NCBI GenBank assembly: GCA_900770295.1
Contig: CAAGJQ010000089.1
Location: 31,668 to 95,667, forward strand
Source: an uncultured Oscillibacter sp.
GTDB lineage: Bacteria; Bacillota; Clostridia; Oscillospirales; Oscillospiraceae
Length of the DNA: 64,000 nt
Direction: 5' to 3'
Shown: positions 17,473 to 27,558 of the stretch, one piece after another
Layout: every line of letters starts with the position of its first letter
Position numbering within the stretch: the stretch's first letter is position 1
The notes under the pieces: model-generated
Told to the model about the DNA's origin: nothing
The model's database searches: none
Seen by the model: the letters and a program-made list of their open reading frames with translations, nothing else
Made by a program: the position numbers and the translations under genes

Positions 17473-17835
17473 ATGGTATTTGAAACGATTGCCCTCAGCG
17501 TCATCACGGTGCTCCTGCTGCTCCTGACCCTGACCCGGAAGCCCGGGCACATCAAACTGCTGCTGGCCCTGCTGTCGGCGGCGGCCTCCATCGCGTCCAT
17601 GGTGTTTTTCATCCTGATGCAGCGTGCCGGCGGCAACCCGGACGCCGGGCAGGAGCTGCTGCAGCTCTACGCGCCCTGCGGCATCTATGTTCTGGTGGCG
17701 CTGTTCAGTCTGGCCGTGGCGGCCCTCAGCCGCCGGAAGCTGCAAAAGGACAAGGCCGCCAAGGCGGCGGCAAAGGCGAAGAAGTCGGCTGAGAAAACGG
17801 AAACATCCGCCGGACAGCCGGACGGGGAAAACTGA
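17473..17835 (+). CDS. hypothetical membrane protein
   Basis: Three TM segments and a K/A-rich tail; lies between proA and proC; GAGG RBS. Confidence 0.75.
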   Translation: MVFETIALSVITVLLLLLTLTRKPGHIKLLLALLSAAASIASMVFFILMQRAGGNPDAGQELLQLYAPCGIYVLVALFSLAVAALSRRKLQKDKAAKAAAKAKKSAEKTETSAGQPDGEN

Positions 17836-17868
17836 GGTCATTTTCATACAGAGAGGATGTGCAATGAT

Positions 17869-18669
17869 ATGGCAATTCTAGGTTTTATCGGCACCGGCAA
17901 CATGGGCGGTGCGCTGGCCCGGGCGGCGTGCAAGAGCATTCCCGGCGATCAGGTGCTGCTGTCCAACCGGACGCCGGAAAAGGCGCGGGTCCTGGCGGAG
18001 GAGCTGGGCTGTCAGGCGGTGGACAACGCCACCGTCGCGGAGCGGGCGGACCTGATCTTCCTGGGGGTGAAGCCCCAGTACATGGCCGGGCTCCTGTCGG
18101 ACATCGGCCCTGTTCTGGACCAGCGGGAGAAGCGCTTCATCCTGGTGTCCATGGCGGCGGGACTGACCATTCCCCGCATCCGGGAGCTGGCCGGGAAGGA
18201 CTACCCGGTCATCCGGATCATGCCCAACACCCCCGCCGCCATCGGCGAAGGCATGGTGTTCTACGATTGCAGCGAGAATGTCACCAAGGAGGATGAACAG
18301 GTCTTTCTGGCGTCTCTGGCCGGGGCCGGCAGGCTGGCCCCGCTGGCGGACCATCTGATGGACGCCGGCAGCGCCGTGGCGGGCTGCGGTCCCGCTTTCG
18401 CGGACCTGTTTCTGGAGGCGCTGGCGGACGGCGGCGTGGCCTGCGGCCTGCCCAGAGCCCTGGCGATGGAGAGCGCCGCCCAGATGATGATCGGCACGGC
18501 GAAGCTGATGCTGGAAACCGGCAAGCACCCCGGCCAGTTGAAGGACGAGGTCTGCTCCCCCGGCGGCGCCACCATCCAGGGCATCCGGGCTCTGGAGGAA
18601 GCCGGGTTCCGGGGCGCCGTCATGGACGCCGTCATCGCCGCCTGGGAGAAAAGCGGACAGATGAAATAA
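17869..18669 (+). CDS. proC: pyrroline-5-carboxylate reductase
   Basis: GFIGTGNMG, RIMPNTP, VCSPGGATI. Confidence 0.95.
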   Translation: MAILGFIGTGNMGGALARAACKSIPGDQVLLSNRTPEKARVLAEELGCQAVDNATVAERADLIFLGVKPQYMAGLLSDIGPVLDQREKRFILVSMAAGLTIPRIRELAGKDYPVIRIMPNTPAAIGEGMVFYDCSENVTKEDEQVFLASLAGAGRLAPLADHLMDAGSAVAGCGPAFADLFLEALADGGVACGLPRALAMESAAQMMIGTAKLMLETGKHPGQLKDEVCSPGGATIQGIRALEEAGFRGAVMDAVIAAWEKSGQMK

Positions 18670-18727
18670 AAAATGGGCGCGCGGCATCGCGCGTCCATTT
18701 TCTTTACAAACCCCGTTCTCCGTGATA

Positions 18728-18749
18728 TACTGCTGTCATGACAAGAGTA
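18728..18749 (+). promoter_or_regulatory. putative NiaR autoregulatory operator overlapping a -10 box
   Basis: TACT-GC-TGTCATGACA-AG-AGTA dyad; TTTACA-17-TATACT promoter immediately upstream. Confidence 0.6.
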
Positions 18750-18817
18750 CAAACACAGCGGGACGGAGGTTCCCGGTTCCGCCGTGGCGCGTGATTTGAT
18801 ATGAAGGAGGTACTGCC

Positions 18818-19330
18818 ATGCGCGCGGAAGAACGCCGTCAGGCAATCGAGGATATCTTGCGGAAGTCCGCCCAGCCCGTCAGCGCCGGAACACTGGCCGC
18901 CCGCTTTTCCGTCAGCAGGCAGATCATCGTGGGCGATATCGCCCTGCTGCGGGCCGCAGGGGCGGATATCTCCGCCACGCCCCGGGGCTATGTCATCCAG
19001 CACTCCCCCGAGGGCCTGGTACGGCAGGTCGCCGTACACCACGACGCCGCCGGCATGGAAGCGGAGTTGAACGCCATGGTGGACCATGGCTGCACGGTTC
19101 TGGATGTCATCGTGGAGCATCCCATCTACGGCCAGCTGACAGGGCCGCTCCAGCTGTCCAGCCGGTATGACGTGGCACAGTTTATCGCCCGCTGCGCCCA
19201 GTCGGACGCCCGGCCGCTGTCCGACCTGACCGGGGGCATCCACCTCCATACCCTCTCCTGCCCCAGCGAGGCCGCCTTCGCCCGCGTCCAAAACGCCCTG
19301 CGGGAGCTGGGCGTTCTGCTGGAGGGCTGA
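18818..19330 (+). CDS. niaR: niacin-responsive repressor NiaR (HTH_11 + 3H domain)
   Basis: VSRQIIVGDIALLR, ATPRGY, VEHPIYG, LTGGIHLHTL. Confidence 0.9.
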   Translation: MRAEERRQAIEDILRKSAQPVSAGTLAARFSVSRQIIVGDIALLRAAGADISATPRGYVIQHSPEGLVRQVAVHHDAAGMEAELNAMVDHGCTVLDVIVEHPIYGQLTGPLQLSSRYDVAQFIARCAQSDARPLSDLTGGIHLHTLSCPSEAAFARVQNALRELGVLLEG

Positions 19331-19348
19331 TTCATCTGAAACTCCCTG

Positions 19349-19411
19349 TTGACAATTTCTTTCTTTCCGTGTATAGTGTGGTACACAGGTGTCAAGACAC
19401 CTGTGTACCAC
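19349..19411 (+). promoter_or_regulatory. sigma-A promoter plus a perfect NiaR-type operator
   Basis: TTGACA-17-TATAGT (19349-19377); GTGGTACACAGGTGTC-AA-GACACCTGTGTACCAC (19378-19411). Confidence 0.85.
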
Positions 19412-19442
19412 TTTTACATTACATAGGAAACAGGTGTTACCC

Positions 19443-20549
19443 ATGGAAAAAGTCAAGGCATTCCTGAAACGCAAAAACATCGTCATCTCCGCCAAGCGGT
19501 ACGGCATCGACGCTCTGGGCGCCATGGCCCAGGGCCTGTTCTGCTCCCTGCTGATCGGCACCATTCTGAACACCATCGGAAGCCAGTTCCACATCGGCTT
19601 CCTCACCGCCAAAATCATTGAGATCAACGGCGTGGGCTATACCATCGGCGGCATGGCCTCCTTCATGAGCGGCGCGGCCATGGCCGTGGCCATCGGCTAC
19701 GCCCTCCAGGCGCCGCCGCTGGTGCTGTTCTCTCTGGCCACCGTGGGCTACGCCTGCAACGCCCTGGGCAAGGCCGGCGGCCCTCTGGCGGTGCTGTTTG
19801 TCGCCATCATCGCCGCTGAGTGCGGCAAGGCCATCAGCAAAGAGACGAAGATCGATATTCTGGTGACGCCCATCGTCACCACCCTCATCGGCATCGGCGC
19901 CGCCTGGGTCATCGCGCCGCCCATCGGCACCGTGGCCAGCGCCTTCGGTCAGCTCATCATGCGGGCCACCGAGCTGCAGCCCTTCTTGATGGGCATCCTG
20001 GTGTCCGTGCTGGTGGGCGTGGCGCTGACGCTGCCCATCTCCTCCGCCGCCATCTGCTCTGTCCTGGGCCTGACAGGTCTGGCCGGCGGCGCCGCCGTGG
20101 CGGGCTGCTGCGCCCAGATGGTGGGCTTTGCCGTCATGAGCTTCAAGGAGAACGGCTGGGGCGGCCTGGTCAGCCAGGGTCTGGGCACCTCCATGCTGCA
20201 AATGCCCAACATCGTGAAGAACCCCCGGGTCTGGATCGCGCCCACCGTGGCCTCCGCCATCACCGGCCCCATCGCCACCTGCGTCTTTAAGCTGCAAATG
20301 AACGGCGCCGCCATCAACTCCGGCATGGGCACCTGCGGCCTGTGCGGCCAGCTGGGCGTGTGGACCGGCTGGGTAGCCCCCAGTGAGGTGGCCATCGCCA
20401 ACGGCGCCTCCGCCATCACTCCCACCGCTTTCGACTGGGTGGGCCTCATCCTGATCTCCTTCGTTCTCCCCGCCATTCTGGCCCCCGCCATCAACCAGGT
20501 GTGCCGAAAGCTGGGCTGGGTGAAGGACGGCGATCTGACCCTGTCCTGA
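19443..20549 (+). CDS. PfoR/PTS EIIC-like membrane transporter
   Basis: IDALGAMAQGLFCSLLIG, LTLPISSAAIC, GCCAQMVGFA, GLGTSMLQMPNI. Confidence 0.85.
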   Translation: MEKVKAFLKRKNIVISAKRYGIDALGAMAQGLFCSLLIGTILNTIGSQFHIGFLTAKIIEINGVGYTIGGMASFMSGAAMAVAIGYALQAPPLVLFSLATVGYACNALGKAGGPLAVLFVAIIAAECGKAISKETKIDILVTPIVTTLIGIGAAWVIAPPIGTVASAFGQLIMRATELQPFLMGILVSVLVGVALTLPISSAAICSVLGLTGLAGGAAVAGCCAQMVGFAVMSFKENGWGGLVSQGLGTSMLQMPNIVKNPRVWIAPTVASAITGPIATCVFKLQMNGAAINSGMGTCGLCGQLGVWTGWVAPSEVAIANGASAITPTAFDWVGLILISFVLPAILAPAINQVCRKLGWVKDGDLTLS

Positions 20550-20565
20550 TTCCGCGATACGATAC

Positions 20566-20596
20566 AAAAGAGCGAGCCGCGCGGCTCGCTCTTTTT
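20566..20596. terminator. bidirectional terminator (perfect palindrome)
   Basis: AAAAGAGCGAGCCGC|GCGGCTCGCTCTTTT between convergent genes. Confidence 0.8.
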
Positions 20597-20605
20597 GCGC
20601 AAATG

Positions 20606-21571
20606 TCAGATCAAATCCCCCTCGGAGTGGTCCCGCAGGGAGAGGTCCCGGAAGATAGCGGCCTCGACGGCCTCGTACTCCCCGGGATTTTTGAACCGCC
20701 GCAGCTTCTTGTTCAGCCGGTCCGCGTCCTCAAACAGATGGATGAGGTAGAACCAGATCTCCCGCATCCGCTGAGCGGCGGTGCCCACCTGGCCGTAAAA
20801 CGCCTGATAGGCCCGGTAGAGGTCCTGGGTAAAGGCCTGCAATTCCTCTTTTGTGGCGGCGGGTCCGCTACGGAGCTTCCGCAGCAGCGCCGGATCCGCC
20901 ACGGCGCCGCGGCCGATCATCACGGCCTCAACAGCCGGAAATTGCTGTGAAAGAGCCTCCACTTCCGCCACCGTCCGCAGATCGCCGTTATAGCACACCG
21001 GATTCCTGCTCTCCGTCAGAGCCTGGGCAAAGGCGTCCAGGTGAACAGGCCCCCGGTACTTCTCCTTCTGCACCCGGGCGTGGATGGTCAGACAGGCGAT
21101 GGGATAGCGGTTGTAGATCTCCAGCAGACGGGCAAATTCCTCCGGCTCCTGAATGCCCAGCCGGGTCTTGACGGAGACGGGCATCCGGACCTTGGAGAAC
21201 ACCTGGTCAAAAAAGCGGTCCAGTTCCTCCGGTTTTGCCAGAAAGCCCGCGCCCTTGCCCTTGGCGGTGACGGTGCCGGAGGGACAGCCCAGGTTCAGAT
21301 TGACCTCCGTGTATCCCATGTCCGCCACCATCTCCGCCGCCCAGAGAAAATCTTCGGCCCGGCAGGTCATCACCTGGGGCACCAGGGGAAGCCCGCCGTT
21401 GTTGGCGGGGTCGATCTCCCGCCGGTCCCGGTCGGTCAGGATGTGCTGGTCCGTGGGGGAGAAAAAGGGGATAAAATACCGGTCCGCCCCGCCGAAATGG
21501 GTGGCCCACACCCGGCGGAACACCACCTTGGTGATGCCGTCCAGCGGCGCGAAATCGTAACGCTGGATCAT
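20606..21571 (-). CDS. tRNA-dihydrouridine synthase family protein
   Basis: FAPLDGIT, NLNLGCP, SVKTRLG, IHAR, YNGD, VMIGRG. Confidence 0.9.
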   Translation of the reverse strand: MIQRYDFAPLDGITKVVFRRVWATHFGGADRYFIPFFSPTDQHILTDRDRREIDPANNGGLPLVPQVMTCRAEDFLWAAEMVADMGYTEVNLNLGCPSGTVTAKGKGAGFLAKPEELDRFFDQVFSKVRMPVSVKTRLGIQEPEEFARLLEIYNRYPIACLTIHARVQKEKYRGPVHLDAFAQALTESRNPVCYNGDLRTVAEVEALSQQFPAVEAVMIGRGAVADPALLRKLRSGPAATKEELQAFTQDLYRAYQAFYGQVGTAAQRMREIWFYLIHLFEDADRLNKKLRRFKNPGEYEAVEAAIFRDLSLRDHSEGDLI

Positions 21572-21918
21572 TTCAGCTTCTCTTCCCACTCCGCCTGGCG
21601 AAAGCCCGTCAGCACGAAATTCTCGCCCACCAGGATGGGCCGCTTCACCAGCATCCCGTCGGTGGACAGCAGCGCCAGCTGCTCGTCCTCGGACATCGTG
21701 GGCAATTTGTCCTTCAGGTTCAGCGCCTTGTACTGCAAGCCGCTGGTGTTGAAGAACTTTTTCAGAGGCAGGCCGCTGGCCTTCCACCAGGTCCGCAGCT
21801 CGTCCTCCGTGGGGTTTTCCAGCTTGATATCACGGAGCTGATAGGAAATCCCCTGTGCGTCCAGCCAGGCCTTCGCCTTCTGGCAGGTGGTGCACTTTGG
21901 ATAGCAGAGAAATAACAT
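21568..21918 (-). CDS. ArsC/Spx-family protein
   Basis: YPKCTTCQKA, FFNTSG, MLVKRP. Confidence 0.9.
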   Translation of the reverse strand: MLFLCYPKCTTCQKAKAWLDAQGISYQLRDIKLENPTEDELRTWWKASGLPLKKFFNTSGLQYKALNLKDKLPTMSEDEQLALLSTDGMLVKRPILVGENFVLTGFRQAEWEEKLK

Positions 21919-21935
21919 ATGAAATCCTCCTAATA

Positions 21936-22808
21936 TTATGTAAACAAATTCAGCTGTTCTCCCGCCTGCCTGTCCTCAAAAGCAGAGAGATACGCCATTG
22001 CTTTTTCCGAATCACAGATGACGCCGTGGGCCTGACACTCCTCCCGGAAAATGGCCGTGAGATGGGCGGCGTTGGGGCTGGGGCAGTCGTACCGGTCGCC
22101 GAAAGCCTGGATATACCGCTCCTTCATGCCGGGAAAATGGCGGTCCAGCTGGGCGTAGAAATATTGCCGGTCCCCGTCCCGCAGGGTGACGCCCATGCCG
22201 AAGTTGACGATGACCTCCACCCCGGCGTCAAAGCAGTAGCCCAGCAGCCCCCGGAGGTTCTCCTCCGTGTCGTTGAGAAAGGGCAGGATGGGGCACAGCC
22301 ACACGCCGGTGTGGATGCCGTGCTCGCGCATCGTCTTCAGCATCTCAAACCGCTTTTGAGTGGTGCAGACATTGGGCTCCGCAATGCGGCACAGGCTTTC
22401 GTCAAAGGTGGTGAAGGTGGTGCAGACCACGACTTTTGTCTTTTCGTTGATGCGCTCCAGCAGGTCCAGGTCCCGCAGGATCAGGTCCGACTTGGTCAGC
22501 ACCGACACGCCGAAGCCGTAGCGGTCGATGACCTCCAGACAGCGCCGGGTCAGGCGGGTCTCCCGCTCCAGGGGCAGATAGGGATCGCACATGGAGCCGG
22601 TGCCGATCATGCACCGCCGGCGTTTCCGGCGCAGGGCGTCCTCCAGCAGCTCCGGCGCGTTCCGCTTCACCGCCACGTCCTCGAAGGCGTGGTCCATCTG
22701 GTAGCAGGTGCTGCGGGAGTCGCAGTAGATGCACCCGTGAGTGCATCCCCGGTAGACGTTCATGCCGTTGCGGGCCGAGAGAATGGTCTTTGCCTCGATC
22801 TCATGCAT
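21936..22808 (-). CDS. radical SAM protein (SPL-like family)
   Basis: YRGCTHGCIYCD CxxxCxxC; DPY, LTKS motifs. Confidence 0.88.
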   Translation of the reverse strand: MHEIEAKTILSARNGMNVYRGCTHGCIYCDSRSTCYQMDHAFEDVAVKRNAPELLEDALRRKRRRCMIGTGSMCDPYLPLERETRLTRRCLEVIDRYGFGVSVLTKSDLILRDLDLLERINEKTKVVVCTTFTTFDESLCRIAEPNVCTTQKRFEMLKTMREHGIHTGVWLCPILPFLNDTEENLRGLLGYCFDAGVEVIVNFGMGVTLRDGDRQYFYAQLDRHFPGMKERYIQAFGDRYDCPSPNAAHLTAIFREECQAHGVICDSEKAMAYLSAFEDRQAGEQLNLFT

Positions 22809-22964
22809 GGCGTTCCCTCCCCGGTCAGATATGGCCAGTATAGCAAAAAGGTCCGGCGGGGGCAAGCCCTGTCAACGGAAAAGCCCCGGGCCGCCATGGC
22901 GGCCCGGGGCACGGGTCAGTGTCCCCTGTGCTTCTCCCGCTGTCCCGTCAAGACACAGGCGCCG

Positions 22965-22998
22965 AAAAACGCCGCAGGGAATTCCCTGCGGCGTTTTT
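22965..22998. terminator. terminator after the nucleotidase gene (perfect palindrome)
   Basis: AAAAACGCCGCAGGGAA|TTCCCTGCGGCGTTTTT. Confidence 0.8.
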
Positions 22999-23014
22999 GG
23001 GATGAGACAGTCGA

Positions 23015-25264
23015 TCAGGCGGCCGCGGACGTACCGGCGCTGGCAGCGGGCACGACCTTCTGGCAGAAGTTGGCCAGGAACTCCGCCACCTGATAGCGGG
23101 GCGCGGGAGAGGTGGGCATCAGCTTGCCGTCGATGCCGCTGGCGACACCGGCGCCGCAGGCCCACTGCATGGCGGGAACGGCGTACTCGCCAATGCTGGT
23201 GGCGTCGGTGTAGGAGAGGATGTTGGTGTCCTCACCCACGGAGACGTCATAGTTCATGAACTGGGCATAGCGGTACAGGATGGTCAGGAACTGCTGACGG
23301 GAAATGGCCTGGTTGGGCACGAAGGTGGTAGCGGTGTAGCCGTTGCTCAGACCGTTTTCCACAGCCCAGGTGATGGCCTTGATGTAGGGAGAGGTGACGG
23401 CCACATCCGTGAAGGGGCAGGCGCCCTTGGGATCGGGAGAGCCGTTCATCCGCCACAGGACCGTGACCATCTGGCCGCGGGTCATGGTGTTGTCGGGGCC
23501 GAAGGTGGTCTCGGTGAAACCCTTGAAGATGTCGTTCTCATAGACATACTTCACGGCGTCATAGTAGGAGGCGCCGGCGGGCACGTCGGTGAAGGGCAGG
23601 CCCTTGGTAATGGTGATGCGGCCCTCGGGAGCGCCGTAGTCCTCAGCGGTGACAACGCCCTTCAGCTCAGTGGTGATGTAGTCCATGACGACCTCATCCA
23701 TGGGCACGCCCAGGTCATAGTTGACGGAGGCGGCCTTGAAGGCGTAGTAGGTGTCGCCGCCGGCGGCCATAAAGTCGTTGGTGGCGATGGTGTAGGTGGT
23801 CTTCGCGTCAAAGGCCTTGCCGCCCACGGACTGGATGGTCACGCGGTTGATGGTCTTGGGAGCGTAATAGGTGGAGCCGGGATACTGCTCGCCCTGGTCA
23901 AAGGCCTTGGTGGTGTCCACGGTGTAGACAATGCCGCTGACCTGGGGGAAACCGCCGATGGCGGTGGGCGTGCAGTAGGTGGATGCCTCCAGAGCCTCCA
24001 GCAGCTCGGCGCCGGTGACCTTGACGATGCTCAGGGTGTTGCCGAAGGGCAGGACGGTGTTGATGTCCTTCTTGGTGATGTCACCCTTGCTGATGGTGGC
24101 ACGGATACCGCCGCCGTTGGTGACAGCAGCGTCCACCTTGGTGCCGTTTTTCTCGGCGCCCCAGACCAGAGCGTCGGTGATCAGGTTGCCCAGATTGGTC
24201 TCCTCGGTGCGGTTGCCGGGATCGCGGGCGCCGTTCAGTTCCACTTCGGTCTTGGCGAACACAGCGCCGTAGTCATCATCGATCTCCTTCTGGATAGCGG
24301 CGGCGCGGGTGGCCACCTCGGCGTCAGGCGTGATGTCCATATCATCCAGAGGGATGGAGCGGGCGCTCATGGAGCCGTCGGCGTTGATGGTGACAACACC
24401 GATATTGGCCAGCTTGGTGCCGGTGGAGACCACCAGAGTCTTGCCCTCCGCTGCGGTGACGAGGCTGGTCTCCACGCTGACCATGCCCTGGGCAGGCAGC
24501 TTGCTGACGCTCTCGCCGGCGGCAGCGGCCACCTCTTCGATGGTGGAGTGGGAGTGGCCGTCGATGAACACGTCGATGCCCTTTACCTTCTCCAGCAGGT
24601 CGACAGAGCGGTTGCCCTCGGACTCGTCATCGATGCCCAGGTGGCCCAGGCAGACGATGTAGTCGCAGCCCTCGGCCTTCAGGGCGTCCACCTGCGCCTG
24701 GGCGCAGTCGAACATGGACTTCTCAGACAGGAAAGTCACGCCCTTGATCTTGGCGGGGTGGGCCTTGGTGGCGGTCTCGGGAGTGTCCAGGCCGAACACG
24801 CCGACCTTAGCGCCGTTGGGGGCGGTGAAGGTCACATTGTCCTCAAAGGCCACTTTACCGTTATACAGCACGTTGGCGGCCACGATGGGGAAGTCAGCCT
24901 TGTCGGCCAGCTCCGTCAGATTGGCGTAGCCATAGTCGAACTCATGGTTGCCGGGTGCGGCTACATCATAGCCGGCCATGTTCATCAGCTCGACGGCCGT
25001 GGCACCCTGGGACACGCTGACGGTGGGATCGCCCTGGCTGAAATCGCCGGCGTCCATCAGCAGGACATAGGCGCCCTGGGCCTCAAAGGCGTCCTTGATG
25101 GCCGCCACCTTGGCATAGCCGCCGATGGCGCCGTGCACATCGTTGGTGTGCAGGATGACGATGGAGCCATCCATGGTCCCCTTGGTCTCCTCCGCGCTGG
25201 CGGTGACGGCCAGAGAGAACATCATGGCCACAGCCAGCAGCAGGGACAAGAGTTTCTTCTTCAT
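23015..25264 (-). CDS. secreted 5'-nucleotidase with C-terminal SLH domains
   Basis: Signal peptide, HTNDVHG, DAGD, GNHEFD, DGHSH, NGGGIR; SLH repeats (TRGQMVTVLWR, SRQQFLTILYR). Confidence 0.92.
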   Translation of the reverse strand: MKKKLLSLLLAVAMMFSLAVTASAEETKGTMDGSIVILHTNDVHGAIGGYAKVAAIKDAFEAQGAYVLLMDAGDFSQGDPTVSVSQGATAVELMNMAGYDVAAPGNHEFDYGYANLTELADKADFPIVAANVLYNGKVAFEDNVTFTAPNGAKVGVFGLDTPETATKAHPAKIKGVTFLSEKSMFDCAQAQVDALKAEGCDYIVCLGHLGIDDESEGNRSVDLLEKVKGIDVFIDGHSHSTIEEVAAAAGESVSKLPAQGMVSVETSLVTAAEGKTLVVSTGTKLANIGVVTINADGSMSARSIPLDDMDITPDAEVATRAAAIQKEIDDDYGAVFAKTEVELNGARDPGNRTEETNLGNLITDALVWGAEKNGTKVDAAVTNGGGIRATISKGDITKKDINTVLPFGNTLSIVKVTGAELLEALEASTYCTPTAIGGFPQVSGIVYTVDTTKAFDQGEQYPGSTYYAPKTINRVTIQSVGGKAFDAKTTYTIATNDFMAAGGDTYYAFKAASVNYDLGVPMDEVVMDYITTELKGVVTAEDYGAPEGRITITKGLPFTDVPAGASYYDAVKYVYENDIFKGFTETTFGPDNTMTRGQMVTVLWRMNGSPDPKGACPFTDVAVTSPYIKAITWAVENGLSNGYTATTFVPNQAISRQQFLTILYRYAQFMNYDVSVGEDTNILSYTDATSIGEYAVPAMQWACGAGVASGIDGKLMPTSPAPRYQVAEFLANFCQKVVPAASAGTSAAA

Positions 25265-25478
25265 GCTTCTATTACCTCCTTGTTTTTTACCGCAGAACAG
25301 ATTGCGGATTTGATTTGATTATACCATATCCGGAAAAAATAGACAGTCCCAAGCTGAAATATCCACGAAAAATTTTTACTCTGCATTTTGTAGGTTTTCG
25401 CGGCGGCGGATGTCTGGTAATCCGCCGGACCGTATGCTATACTGATATCACAATATAACCAAATTGGAGGGTGGTTTT

Positions 25479-26855
25479 ATGCGAACGCTGTTCAAAGGCG
25501 GCACGGTAGTCAACGGTGCCGGATTGAAGCGGGCCGATCTGCTCATTGACGGAGAAAAAGTGGTGGACCTGGGCCGCAATCTGAAAGTCGAGGCTGACCA
25601 GACCGTGGATGTCTCCGGGTGTCTGCTGTTTCCCGGCTTTATCGATGCCCACACGCACTTCGATCTGGACGTGTGCAACACCACCACGGCCGACGATTTC
25701 TGGACCGGCAGCCGGGCGGCGCTGAAGGGCGGCACCACCACCGTCATCGACTTCGCCTGCCCCAACAAGGGCGAGTCCCTGCACTACGGTCTGGACCTGT
25801 GGCACAAAAAGGCCGACGGCCGTACTTTCTGCGACTACGGCTTCCACATGACCATCGATGACTGGAATGAGTCCATCCGGGCGGAACTGCCGGACATGTT
25901 CGCCAAGGGCGTCTCCTCTTTTAAAATGTACATGCCCTATCCCGCCATGATGGTGGGCGACCGGGACATGTACTGGGCGCTGAAGGAGTTGAAATCCCTG
26001 GGCGGCATCTGCGGCGTCCACTGCGAAAACGCCGGCGTCATCGATGGGATGATCGCCGAGCGGAAGGCCGCCGGAGAGCTCTCCCCCGCAAGCCACCCCT
26101 TAACCCGCCCGTCCTATCTGGAGGCAGAGGCTGTCTCCCGCCTGTTGCGCATTGCCCAGGCGGCGGACTGCCCGGTAGTTATCGTCCACCTGACCAATCA
26201 GGAGGCGCTGAAAGAAGTGGAGCACGCCCGGAGTCGGGGCCAGAAGGTCTATGTGGAGACCTGCCCCCAGTATCTGCTGCTGGATGACAGCGTCTACTTC
26301 AACGAGGACTACTCCCAGGCCGCCCGGTACGTCTGCGCGCCGCCCATCCGGGAAAAAGGCCAGCAGGAGCTTTTGTGGAAAGCGCTGCGGCGTGGGGAAA
26401 TCCAGACCATCTCCACAGACCACTGCTCCTTCACCCTGGCCCAGAAGGATATGGGCCGGGAGGACTTCACCAGGATTCCCGGCGGCCTGCCCGGCGTGGA
26501 GACCAGGGGCGAGCTGATCTACTCCTACGGTGTGGCGAAAAAGCGCATCAGCGCCGCCCGGATGTGCCGCGTCCTCAGTGAGAACCCGGCCCGGCTGTAT
26601 GGACTCTTCCCCCGGAAGGGCCAGCTGCGGCCCGGGGCCGATGCGGATATTGTGGTCTATGATCCCGGCGCCAGCCACGTCATCCGGGCCGACGACTGCA
26701 TTGCCAATGTGGACTACAACCCCTACGAGGGCTTTGTCACCGCCGGCGGCATCCGGCAGGTGTGGCTCCGCGGCCGGCTGTCCGTGGAAAACGGCAGCGT
26801 ACTGGACGAGACGCCGCAGGGCAAATATATGGCCCGGGGCAAGTGCTCCCTGTAA
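25479..26855 (+). CDS. hydA: dihydropyrimidinase / D-hydantoinase
   Basis: PGFIDAHTH, GGTTTVIDF, HCEN, ETCPQY, TDHCSF, IPGGLPGVE. Confidence 0.9.
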   Translation: MRTLFKGGTVVNGAGLKRADLLIDGEKVVDLGRNLKVEADQTVDVSGCLLFPGFIDAHTHFDLDVCNTTTADDFWTGSRAALKGGTTTVIDFACPNKGESLHYGLDLWHKKADGRTFCDYGFHMTIDDWNESIRAELPDMFAKGVSSFKMYMPYPAMMVGDRDMYWALKELKSLGGICGVHCENAGVIDGMIAERKAAGELSPASHPLTRPSYLEAEAVSRLLRIAQAADCPVVIVHLTNQEALKEVEHARSRGQKVYVETCPQYLLLDDSVYFNEDYSQAARYVCAPPIREKGQQELLWKALRRGEIQTISTDHCSFTLAQKDMGREDFTRIPGGLPGVETRGELIYSYGVAKKRISAARMCRVLSENPARLYGLFPRKGQLRPGADADIVVYDPGASHVIRADDCIANVDYNPYEGFVTAGGIRQVWLRGRLSVENGSVLDETPQGKYMARGKCSL

Positions 26856-26889
26856 AAACAAAGTCCGGCGAATGGCGGTGTTCGTAAAA

Positions 26890-26938
26890 CAGCAGATCCT
26901 CCATATGATCACACAGCAATCATATGGAGGATCTGCTG
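26890..26938. repeat. 20-bp perfect inverted repeat
   Basis: CAGCAGATCCTCCATATGAT, 9-nt loop, ATCATATGGAGGATCTGCTG. Confidence 0.9.
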
Positions 26939-27095
26939 ACATTTGCCCGGCAAATCTCCCTTGGCGGAAAAAGCGCGCAGGACGCGCGATTTTTACGCAA
27001 GAAGCGTATAGAAGCGCGTCTTTTCGTTCTCAACGGCTTTGAAGCGGCCAGCAGACCGGCAGTTCTCTAAGAGAAAACTTTTTCGGAAAATGACC

Positions 27096-27132
27096 TTGAC
27101 ATTTTTCCGTTATTGATATTTAATATCAATAA
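27096..27132 (+). promoter_or_regulatory. promoter with a Fur-box-like 11-1-11 operator
   Basis: TTGACA at 27096-27101; TTATTGATATT-T-AATATCAATAA at 27110-27132 covers the -10 region. Confidence 0.75.
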
Positions 27133-27159
27133 GGACATCGTATCTGATAGGTGAACACT

Positions 27160-27558
27160 ATGATAAGACGTAATACAATTCAACGTTCCTTTGTCCTGGA
27201 AGCAGTAAACAAGTTGCATTGCCACGCCACGGCAGATGAAATATATAATGAAATTGCCAGGCAGCATCCTACGATCAGCCGCGCAACCGTATACCGAAAT
27301 CTGAATCTGTTATCTGAGATGGGCGAGATCCGCCGTCTTGAGATACCCGGGAGCGCCGATCGTTTTGACCATATCAGCAGCAATCACTGCCATGTAAAAT
27401 GTGAAGTATGCGGACGGGTCTTTGATGTGGACATGGATTTTGTCAGCGGCCTCGAAAGCGGGATCAGAGATGCCCACGGATTTGACTTTACTGGTTATGA
27501 CATCATTTTTCACGGCGTCTGTCCGGAATGCAAAGGACAAAAGGGTTCCAAAACATAA
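27160..27558 (+). CDS. Fur/PerR-family metalloregulator
   Basis: HATADEIY, SRATVYRNL, H.HVKCEVCG, CPEC. Confidence 0.92.
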   Translation: MIRRNTIQRSFVLEAVNKLHCHATADEIYNEIARQHPTISRATVYRNLNLLSEMGEIRRLEIPGSADRFDHISSNHCHVKCEVCGRVFDVDMDFVSGLESGIRDAHGFDFTGYDIIFHGVCPECKGQKGSKT

